This document shows positions 55,596 to 63,927 of a stretch of DNA of 64,000 nt, in pieces. This stretch comes from a virus. The stretch lies in IMG/VR virus record IMGVR_UViG_3300027733_000032; one strand, 5' to 3'. How positions within the stretch are numbered: the stretch's first letter is position 1; each line of letters starts with the position of its first letter. The notes beneath the pieces are model-generated. The model was not told where the DNA came from. It ran no database searches and worked only from the letters and a program-made list of their open reading frames with translations. A program made the position numbers and the translations under genes.

Positions 55596-56255
55596 GTGGA
55601 GAATTATATGGGTGAATACAATATCAAAGCACCACAGGATGCAATAATCCCAGATATATTTCCTCAGGAACGCATTACTGGAGACATTCTCAAGGGTCAT
55701 GGTCCGCGTCGTGGCAATCTAGAACGCCTCCTTCGATACTGGCGTCCAATCATGCGTAAACCAGGTGGCTTTAGGCGGTGCAAGGTCATCCTCGCAGACC
55801 ATCCTGAATTATTCCCACTAAACAACATTTGCGCTTGGCTCCACCACGAAACTACGGGATTGTGGCCAAACGAAGGATGCCACCATCCCACCATGAAAAA
55901 CTGCCGTCGCAAACTAAAAAAAGGCGTAAATGGTTCACTTTTCTCAGATTCACAATTCAATAATCGTCTTCGTAAATTAAATGGTCCTGATAAGAAATCA
56001 GCAGACGATGTATTTTTTTGGGACGAATGGAATACAAAAGGTTTACAGCCTTACGAGAATGACGAGAATCCAGTAGTCACTACAGAGGATATAAAACATG
56101 CTATTTTAGTATTAGTTGACTTCTCTACAATGGAGCCAGACTTCTGTGACTACCTTCGCGACGATTCTCAATGGGATTACGAAGGCGAAATGGACGATGG
56201 TGCAATGTTTAAGTCCGCTGTTCCACCAAGCGAGGATTGTGGATGCGATAAATGA
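55596..56255 (+). CDS. head-associated protein with LRYW..PG.F.RC...CA..H..TG.WP domain
   Basis: Motif resembles a domain fused to actinophage capsid maturation proteases (recalled, not searched). Confidence 0.55.
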   Translation: MENYMGEYNIKAPQDAIIPDIFPQERITGDILKGHGPRRGNLERLLRYWRPIMRKPGGFRRCKVILADHPELFPLNNICAWLHHETTGLWPNEGCHHPTMKNCRRKLKKGVNGSLFSDSQFNNRLRKLNGPDKKSADDVFFWDEWNTKGLQPYENDENPVVTTEDIKHAILVLVDFSTMEPDFCDYLRDDSQWDYEGEMDDGAMFKSAVPPSEDCGCDK

Positions 56256-58285
56256 TTATTTACGATTTGCAGAAACCGAGTAAATGTTGCCCAAATTCCG
56301 TGGTTACTGTTCGTCGTCATATCGTCGAAACGAACCGCCAGCCACAGGGCGGAAGCATTCTTTTTTCTCAAAAGGCCGTAAATCCAGAAATAGTCACATA
56401 CAAAGCACTTTCTCAGTCCCACGGAACTAGATTTAAGTACGAAGTTAAAAGAGTAGGGCTGGTTGGCTCTAGTGGGAAATTGGGACAAACACTACAGGCT
56501 GCTGGTTCCTATGTCCTTCCTGGAGATTCGTCTCCATTGCGTAGCCCGGTTAGGTCCGGTCTATTCACGGCAATAACTCCCGGAGTACCTAACTTCAGTA
56601 GGCCACGCGGCCCCAAGAGGGACAGAACAGCAAGATGCCCTGAAGGATATCAATACGGTGGTCGTTTTACTAATAACGAACTATCCACATGTGGAGCCCA
56701 ACTATTTGACATTCCAGGACCACTGGGGGTCGTTATTGGCGTAATTGCCCGAGCACTTCGTCGTGGCGAACGAGCCGTAGCCGATGCCATGCAAGGGACC
56801 CCATTGACCCCTGGGGATTATGGTGGCAGCCTCATAGATTCACGTCGACCACAAATACCGCGCGTCGCAGACGCTAATCCAGCCTCACGGATGGCCGAAA
56901 TTACCCGCCTTGCAAAAGAGATGGGCGCTCCCAAAATCAATGCTTCACGCATGGTGCGTCGTGATGGATTTGTTCTTGAACCAGTAGTAACACCAAGAGT
57001 CCTTCGCGCAATTCCAGACAACAGAGACATGGAGGGTGCCGCATATCTTATGCGAATCAACGACCTTCCAAGCCTGGGTCAAGATGAATTAGGACTTCTT
57101 TCCAATACTGGAGTAACTAATCTAACCTATGTTCTTCCAGGTGGCTCAACAATCACTCTCGAAAAGGTACGCTCATTAACCGTTGGCGAGCGCCGCAAAC
57201 TTGGTAGAACAGTCAATTCAGCAGCAGCGATTGATAATTCAGAAAATCCAACCGCCCGTCTCATGAAGGTAGCCCAAGAAACTGGCGATGGTATTAAGTA
57301 TTCCGAAAATTTTGTAAGCGTGAATAGACCCCATGAAATTGTTAGGGGTAGAAATGGGAAAAAGACGGAACGGTGGGTTCGTGAACTTCTTGACGGCATC
57401 CCAGTGGCAGAAACAGCGCCATCACGTGAGACTTCGTCTGTTGCCGCAATAGCCGACAAGATTAAAGACGTAGATGAGGCTGCAGCCTTTATTGAGCAGG
57501 GTGGAAGCCTGGCAAGAATTTCGCCGGATATTCTTCAGCAGGCCCTCACAAAAAACAATTTATTCCGCTTGCGAGATATGGGCAATGGAGTCACTCGGCT
57601 TGATGGCCCTAGAGGCAAAACTTATTCAATTTATCAATCTCGCAATGAGTTTGACCATATCAATAGCACTTATGCTTCCGATATTCAACAACATCTGGGC
57701 CTAGAGTCGCCAGATGTGTATCCGATTGGTTCGGGTAGTCGCCGTAATTATCTTATGGATTCGACACTAAATACCTACCCTGGAATAACTCCACGTCGAG
57801 ACATTCCAATGAATCAAGTTAGTCCAAAAAAAATGGCATCACTATTTGTCTCTGACTATTTGAGTGCCAATAGAAACAGAAATCCGCTGTCAATAGAAGT
57901 GATGCAATTAGCGGACGAAAATGTTCCAGTAGTCAATTCCTTTGACTCAGAATTAACAGACTTGGCTAAAATAAAGATTGCAGACCGTAATAAGGGCGCA
58001 ATTGAAGACATGCGCTCATTGTCTGCCAATGGCGTTTTCGGCAAATATTATGCTGAACTTAAAAAATCACAGCAAAATCAGTACATTACTGAAATTAGGG
58101 AATTAATTGCACGGGCTCGCCTATTTAATTTTGTAAACTTTAAAGAGAGACTTCAGCGTGATGGCGCGCTTTCCGATGCGGAACTTGCACATGTTGACAT
58201 TATTAATACAATCAGCAAGCAAAGGCTGAATATTCTCGAAAATCAACAGGAAAGACTTGTTGAAATACTCGGAGGTAACAAGTGA
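56252..58285 (+). CDS. 677-aa head-operon protein with RCPxG..FT tag and degenerate HipA-like kinase C-terminal domain
   Basis: ATGA overlap; YASDIQQHLGLESPDV ... SDYLSANRNRNPLSI parallels the kinase in protein A. Confidence 0.6.
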   Translation: MIIYDLQKPSKCCPNSVVTVRRHIVETNRQPQGGSILFSQKAVNPEIVTYKALSQSHGTRFKYEVKRVGLVGSSGKLGQTLQAAGSYVLPGDSSPLRSPVRSGLFTAITPGVPNFSRPRGPKRDRTARCPEGYQYGGRFTNNELSTCGAQLFDIPGPLGVVIGVIARALRRGERAVADAMQGTPLTPGDYGGSLIDSRRPQIPRVADANPASRMAEITRLAKEMGAPKINASRMVRRDGFVLEPVVTPRVLRAIPDNRDMEGAAYLMRINDLPSLGQDELGLLSNTGVTNLTYVLPGGSTITLEKVRSLTVGERRKLGRTVNSAAAIDNSENPTARLMKVAQETGDGIKYSENFVSVNRPHEIVRGRNGKKTERWVRELLDGIPVAETAPSRETSSVAAIADKIKDVDEAAAFIEQGGSLARISPDILQQALTKNNLFRLRDMGNGVTRLDGPRGKTYSIYQSRNEFDHINSTYASDIQQHLGLESPDVYPIGSGSRRNYLMDSTLNTYPGITPRRDIPMNQVSPKKMASLFVSDYLSANRNRNPLSIEVMQLADENVPVVNSFDSELTDLAKIKIADRNKGAIEDMRSLSANGVFGKYYAELKKSQQNQYITEIRELIARARLFNFVNFKERLQRDGALSDAELAHVDIINTISKQRLNILENQQERLVEILGGNK

Positions 58286-61200
58286 AAAATTACGCCATCC
58301 TTAGAGACGCGGTCGAGGAAAAAGTATTTGGCCTCGTCATTGAAAAAGATGGTGGTTTTCGTTTCTACGGAGCCGATGACAGAGCAAAAGAGTGGGCTAA
58401 TTGGGCTAACTCGACATCACTCAAGTCCCTACAAGAAGCACTTCCGGTTGGCGTCATTGCCACCGACAAGCGTCCATTAGTGAATGATACTGAATTATTT
58501 ATTGAATCACTTATTGAATCTGCATCAAATGCTGGCGAAATAAAGAAGCCGACTTTTTCATACAAGAGTTCATATGTTACTAGAGCAAACTCATCAACCC
58601 CGTCAGCCCGAGATTTTCAACTGCGTTCGTTCAATATCGACGCCAGACAGAATGCCATCAACTTCAAGGTTTACGCATTTAAGAATGACCAGAAGTCATC
58701 TTCGCTAATGGCGAAAATTCGTTCGGCTGGTCTTGGCTTCAATGAAAAAACCGGTGAATTCAGAAGCAATGACATAACAATTTCTCATTCCTCGCTACAG
58801 CAGAATATCGAAACTACATACACCAAGTCGCTACAGCGCAATATTGGTTTCAATGTCATGGCAGCCAAGAATGTTTATGCTAAATCACTCAGTCCTTTCT
58901 ATACGCACCCCAAAGTCATTGAACTCAAAAGACTCGGTGGTGCAATTGGTCCAAAGTTGGGTCGTGGACTACGTTCCGCTCCGATGGGAATGGTATTCGT
59001 CGACGTTACCGGAGCGATTGATGCTGACAAGGATGGCATTGTCTTTGAGGGTAAGCCTGGATTAGAACGACCAATTATTCCTAAATTCATTCTTCCAGAA
59101 GGTGTCGGTCGTCGTGTGGCTTCACTGATTGGTGGAGCAGCAGAACAGAATGAAAAGAATCGCCGCTCGGGCGCGAATGGTGGTGGAGTAATTGACGAGG
59201 CAAAACTTCGCAGTATTCTCGGAACTGACGCCTCATCCCTCAATAAATTAAATGCTCCTTCTCCGTTGACTGATAGCGATAACGCAAATGCCACTGGCAT
59301 GCGTTCTATTGCTGGGAACATTAGAAGTCGACGTGATGCGATTATCGCTAAACGTACTGGCTCGATAGACCTGTCTAGGGTTGGGCGTGGTGAAAAGACT
59401 CAGTTGAATACCGGCGATTCGCGCGCTGTTGAAAAAATGACATGGGATGATTCGGCAAAGGAATTAATTGTCACGTTTGCTGGTGGTCGCACATATACGT
59501 ACAACAACGTCGACGACAGTTGGGTTGATGAACTAGAGAAAAATCCTGATGCACTCGGTCGCATCATGAATGACATCAAGAAGGCTGGATACGATTTCAC
59601 TTCAGGTGGAACCCACGCTCCAGACAAAACGCTTGCCAGCAGAATGCAGGGTCGCCGTGAGGCGGCAGGAATGCGCTCGGCTAGAACCGGCAACAATAAC
59701 CCGCTCAAGCAATCCGAAGTAGATGAACTTTTCTTCGACAATGCTGCATGGTCAAATGATGCGCTTCAGTTCGGTATAGATACGGACTCTCGTGGGAATT
59801 ATGATATTGAGGGAAATAATCCATTGTCAGATGTTTTGTATCGAGAATTCCCCGGCAGATTCAATGTAGATGAAGGTGGCAGAGTCGGAGTACCACGCCA
59901 AGACCCTGAAGTTGTTTTTGATTCCTCAAACATGAGCGATGAAGAACTTGCTCTTTTCACTGACATTCTCGCAGAAAATGACCCTGCAGTCTTGAAAGAT
60001 TTCCCTACTAGTTCAGGTACTGGCATGTCCTCTCGCAAGGGACCAGACGCGACTACTAAAAAGACGAATTTGTCCGAAACGAAGTGGAAAGGCAAGCGTC
60101 TTTCAGATGATTTGCTAAGTAGGGAAGATTTAAGTGGAGAAGACCTTTCTGGTGCCAATCTCGAAGGTGTGAATTTAAGTAATAAAAACTTCACTGGAGC
60201 GAATTTAAGCGAAGCCAATTTATATGAAGCCAATTTGCAAGGCGCCCGCCTCGTAGATGCTGACCTTTATGCAGCCGATTTAATTAAAGCAAATCTCGAA
60301 GATGCAAATCTCGAAGGCGCACGTCTAGAGTATGCCGATTTGCGTGAAGCAAATTTATTAGATGCCAATTTGAATGGAGTAAATTTAAACGATGCTCAAC
60401 TTGGTTTTGCAAATCTAGACAAGGTTGACCTTGGGGGCGCCAAACTCAGTGGCGCTGACCTAACTGGGGCATCATTATGGAAAGCAAATCTTGAAAATGT
60501 AGACCTGAGTAATGCTTATTTAGGCAATATTAAATATATGACAAATGCCAAACTACAGGGGGCAAATCTCAGAGATGCAGACCTCAGAGGTACGGACTTG
60601 TCCATGGCAGACATGACAGATGCAGACCTCAGGAATGTCGATTTTACTGGCGCAAACCTAGATGGTGCAATTTTTTCTGGAGCAAATCTAAATGGCACAA
60701 AACTAGATAAGGGCTGGGAACAAAGCGTTGGCATGCGCTCATCAAGGAAGCCAAGCAATAATGACTTTGACACGAATAGATTTCTTCCCTCATTGGCTGA
60801 CAGAGAAAACTACGTTGCTAGTGACGAATACGAAGCAGACCTAGAGGATTGGCTCACTCGTTTTCCAAGAAAGACAGAAGCGGATTTCCGACGCAGCAAG
60901 ACGTTCATGGAAAACGTAAGCATGTTTAATCCAGGCCCGGATGTCTCTGAATTCTCAAGAGAAGCAGACATTTACGACGGATGGTCTCCTGAGGAAATTG
61001 ATTCAGGCCTACCCGACACTCTCTGGCGAGGTATGAGTTCACGTACTAGTGGCCTCACTCCAGAAGGCAAACGCGATATTAATGACGCAACAAAGAAGTT
61101 GTCAGATTTCTCGCGCAATTCAGCGTTTGGTGACGTGTATCCAGGTGCAGAAAAATTTGACAGCAATAAGAGACTGCATCAATCCATTAGTGACATGTTC

Positions 61201-63543
61201 GAGGATGCAGACATGCCTTCGCAACGTGTTCAAGATGTTCTCAATGCCATACAGGCACTTAAAGAAGTCTTTGGTGAGGATTCCGACGTTGGAATTAGCG
61301 ACCGCGTTGAGTACGCATTAGACTATATCGCCCCAACATTTGACTCACGCGTTGCATTGAGCGGTGGCGTTCGACGTAGTAGCGGTAGTGTTGCCCCCAA
61401 TTCAGGCATGGGTTCACGCACTAGTGGCGCTGTACGACCCGCTGGATTTACTCAGCGTTCACGCACGGCAATGCTGGAAAGAACAGCAATCGGCTCACCA
61501 ACAGGAATGCGTTCTGCCCGGAAGAGTGCGCTCTACAAGGCGCATGAGATAAGTCCAGGGCAACAGAGGGCTTCTGCTAATGATGGGCAATTATGGGAAA
61601 CCCTATCGCCCGCAGATAGGCAGTTATTTGCCGAAAGGGCACGTGCGCGTGAAAGCGAACTTATCGACATGTTGTTCGACAAGTTTGATATTCCAGTCAA
61701 TGGAACAGATAGACGTCTTCTTGACGAGACGTTGCCAGCAAAAGAACGTGCAAAAATAATGAAACAAACAGGGGGAGGAAATCCGTGGGTTGTCGCAAAC
61801 CAAGATGCCTATGGTCATTTCCTTCTTGCAGAAGAAGGGCTTAAGCCTTTATTTTCTGGCGAGTATGGCGTTCAGAAAAAAGCAAAAGAACTAGCCAAGG
61901 AAGCGCGTGAGCATCTTGCCAAGGGCGAAATAAAAGAACATAAAGAAAAAGTCACAAAACTAACCACCCTTCTGCGTCTATCCGATGACCTGGAGACGCT
62001 TAGTGCAGCGCGCATACAGGGAGATGCCGATGATTCACTCATTGACAAAAATGACTCATACGACTTCGCCATTGACCATTTACATCCAGTTTCCAAGGCA
62101 AGAATTATGGACATTGGCGCAACGACGACGACTAAGGGCAAGAACTCTGCCCCAGTGGAGAAAATAAATCCCTATTCAAAGTCTGGCTCGAATAGGCCTT
62201 TTGAGTTCAATTTTTCTAAAGCACAAATGGCTGCAACTTCAACCGCAATCAATGTACCTGGACGTCCATTAAGCGAAAAAGACGACATTCTTCGTTCTGC
62301 TGGAGTTCCTGGAGATGACGTCAAGGTAAAGAAAGCAAGCAGAGTTGGTGGATTACTTGATTTCTTACGTACAAAAACACAAGACCTAAGTAAGGCTGAC
62401 GAAAAAGCCAAAGAACGCCGAATCAAAAAGATGCGCCAACAAGGCATAAACATTGGTTCAGTACAGGTTGGCGAGCGAAAGACTGACAGGCCGTCACTCC
62501 TTGACAAGCGAGCAATGAAGATAAGCCGTATTGCTCGAAAGAAACTACTCAATGCGAAGGCTCGCAAGATGGACGCTCTTGATAAGAGTGCGGCAGGCAA
62601 CAACGACTCCGTGCCATTAATTGCTTCTGCTGAGTCTGGTGCAAGAATGCTGACACCAGGTGGCATCCTTGCTCTTTCTAAAGACCTCAAAGTAGGCGAA
62701 AGAGAATGGAAAAAGGCCTACAACAGTAAGGGGCGAAATGACAGCGGACACTCCCTCGCATTTGCATGGGAAGCGGCGGGCATGAATGGAACTCCAAACC
62801 CAATTAATGAAGAAGAATATAGCGCACTCCTTGCTGCCGGTTGGATGCCAATCAAACGTGGAACTGGTGCTCGTGGTTATGCAATTTCGTACATGGACCA
62901 TCCAAAGCGATTTCTCCCACCCGCTGGCGAAGCATATGGTCCTGGTGAATACTGGTCAACTGGTCCAAGTACTGCTTGGATTGGAGGGTACTATCCAGAC
63001 CCAGGCGAACTTGGTGACGGACCAGGAGGAATTGCTGGCCTACTACCCCCGACCGCCAAAATTATGAAATCTAGCGAACTTAATACCATTCGTGAACAGC
63101 ATCGTGCGTTTTCTTCACCCATTCTTGGAAACTTCTCTGGTTATCCAGAGGGAGAATTAGAAAAAACCCCACAACAAGATTTTGTTGACCAATTAGTTAG
63201 TGACGTTTTTGGAAAAATTCCACGAGATTCAGAAGTTTGGGATTCGGCCATTGGAGGAATGACATTGCAGTTAATTAGTGCACTTGAATCGAATCCATCG
63301 CCAGAAGAATATAAGAAATTGCGAAATGCGCTATTCCGCCTAACCACCCTGGTTAATCAACACGAAAACGTTTATGGTCCAATATTTGGTGCTGACGCCC
63401 TAGATGTTGGAGGTGATGTAATGTTGCTCATGAACCGTGCAGCGGTTTCGGTATTTGCTGACCCACTTCCAGTTGATGAGATTCTTTCACTCTCTCAAGG
63501 ACGAGGTCTTTCGCCGGGATACGTAGTACCAGGACGTAAGTAA
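58282..63543 (+). CDS. giant modular protein D (DxDxDG tag, KTSC, pentapeptide repeats, C-terminal ART/PARP-like domain)
   Basis: GGAGG SD and GTGA overlap; seven GMxS motifs; IKRG...YGPGEYWS...LLPPTAKI. Confidence 0.8.
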   Translation: MKNYAILRDAVEEKVFGLVIEKDGGFRFYGADDRAKEWANWANSTSLKSLQEALPVGVIATDKRPLVNDTELFIESLIESASNAGEIKKPTFSYKSSYVTRANSSTPSARDFQLRSFNIDARQNAINFKVYAFKNDQKSSSLMAKIRSAGLGFNEKTGEFRSNDITISHSSLQQNIETTYTKSLQRNIGFNVMAAKNVYAKSLSPFYTHPKVIELKRLGGAIGPKLGRGLRSAPMGMVFVDVTGAIDADKDGIVFEGKPGLERPIIPKFILPEGVGRRVASLIGGAAEQNEKNRRSGANGGGVIDEAKLRSILGTDASSLNKLNAPSPLTDSDNANATGMRSIAGNIRSRRDAIIAKRTGSIDLSRVGRGEKTQLNTGDSRAVEKMTWDDSAKELIVTFAGGRTYTYNNVDDSWVDELEKNPDALGRIMNDIKKAGYDFTSGGTHAPDKTLASRMQGRREAAGMRSARTGNNNPLKQSEVDELFFDNAAWSNDALQFGIDTDSRGNYDIEGNNPLSDVLYREFPGRFNVDEGGRVGVPRQDPEVVFDSSNMSDEELALFTDILAENDPAVLKDFPTSSGTGMSSRKGPDATTKKTNLSETKWKGKRLSDDLLSREDLSGEDLSGANLEGVNLSNKNFTGANLSEANLYEANLQGARLVDADLYAADLIKANLEDANLEGARLEYADLREANLLDANLNGVNLNDAQLGFANLDKVDLGGAKLSGADLTGASLWKANLENVDLSNAYLGNIKYMTNAKLQGANLRDADLRGTDLSMADMTDADLRNVDFTGANLDGAIFSGANLNGTKLDKGWEQSVGMRSSRKPSNNDFDTNRFLPSLADRENYVASDEYEADLEDWLTRFPRKTEADFRRSKTFMENVSMFNPGPDVSEFSREADIYDGWSPEEIDSGLPDTLWRGMSSRTSGLTPEGKRDINDATKKLSDFSRNSAFGDVYPGAEKFDSNKRLHQSISDMFEDADMPSQRVQDVLNAIQALKEVFGEDSDVGISDRVEYALDYIAPTFDSRVALSGGVRRSSGSVAPNSGMGSRTSGAVRPAGFTQRSRTAMLERTAIGSPTGMRSARKSALYKAHEISPGQQRASANDGQLWETLSPADRQLFAERARARESELIDMLFDKFDIPVNGTDRRLLDETLPAKERAKIMKQTGGGNPWVVANQDAYGHFLLAEEGLKPLFSGEYGVQKKAKELAKEAREHLAKGEIKEHKEKVTKLTTLLRLSDDLETLSAARIQGDADDSLIDKNDSYDFAIDHLHPVSKARIMDIGATTTTKGKNSAPVEKINPYSKSGSNRPFEFNFSKAQMAATSTAINVPGRPLSEKDDILRSAGVPGDDVKVKKASRVGGLLDFLRTKTQDLSKADEKAKERRIKKMRQQGINIGSVQVGERKTDRPSLLDKRAMKISRIARKKLLNAKARKMDALDKSAAGNNDSVPLIASAESGARMLTPGGILALSKDLKVGEREWKKAYNSKGRNDSGHSLAFAWEAAGMNGTPNPINEEEYSALLAAGWMPIKRGTGARGYAISYMDHPKRFLPPAGEAYGPGEYWSTGPSTAWIGGYYPDPGELGDGPGGIAGLLPPTAKIMKSSELNTIREQHRAFSSPILGNFSGYPEGELEKTPQQDFVDQLVSDVFGKIPRDSEVWDSAIGGMTLQLISALESNPSPEEYKKLRNALFRLTTLVNQHENVYGPIFGADALDVGGDVMLLMNRAAVSVFADPLPVDEILSLSQGRGLSPGYVVPGRK
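60120..60710 (+). repeat. pentapeptide repeat domain in protein D
   Basis: More than 30 A[ND]L-x-x type repeats, bounded by GMSS and GMRS. Confidence 0.92.
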
Positions 63544-63562
63544 CTAGGACAAGGAAAATAAA

Positions 63563-63901
63563 ATGGCACAAAAAGTAGACCCACGAGAAGAATTTCATCT
63601 AGCACATAACCTCATAGGTTTGCTTATGACATTCCCTCCATTTTCAATTGACCAAGATATGAGAAAGCAGTTTCAGAATGAATCAGTTCTAGCAATTGAA
63701 AGTCTTGTTCAATCTAGTGCTAGTGATTCCGAATGGAATTCAGTACATGACACGCTAATGGAAAAGTACGCTACCGAACTAGAGGAAGCGTCATTATGGA
63801 ATGCTAGAAGTAGCGGAGACACGGAAGAGGCGAAAAAGTTGGCGTTGGCCTTGGAGGGTAAGACCCCAGAAGAAATCAAAACTTATTTGTTCTTGTCCTG
63901 A
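63563..63901 (+). CDS. small acidic protein after protein D, candidate immunity protein
   Basis: AAGGA SD; begins 20 nt after the D stop. Confidence 0.5.
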   Translation: MAQKVDPREEFHLAHNLIGLLMTFPPFSIDQDMRKQFQNESVLAIESLVQSSASDSEWNSVHDTLMEKYATELEEASLWNARSSGDTEEAKKLALALEGKTPEEIKTYLFLS

Positions 63902-63927
63902 ATATCACTGCTTTAGGTGGATTGAAA

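Noticed and set aside
39591-58285. The 598-aa or 677-aa protein as the major capsid protein
   Set aside because: No HK97-fold capsid motifs recognised; the capsid gene probably lies beyond the right edge.
29521-61515. GMxS methionines as internal translation starts (GGAGG/GGTGG/GGCGG often directly precede the ATG)
   Set aside because: The purine run is 0-1 nt from the ATG, too close for an SD, and is explained by Gly-Gly codons. Not fully excluded without ribosome profiling.
29483-63347. Numerous 60-265 aa minus-strand and off-frame ORFs inside the giant genes
   Set aside because: Shadow ORFs with Ser/Leu/Phe-rich antisense composition, no SD and no recognisable motifs.
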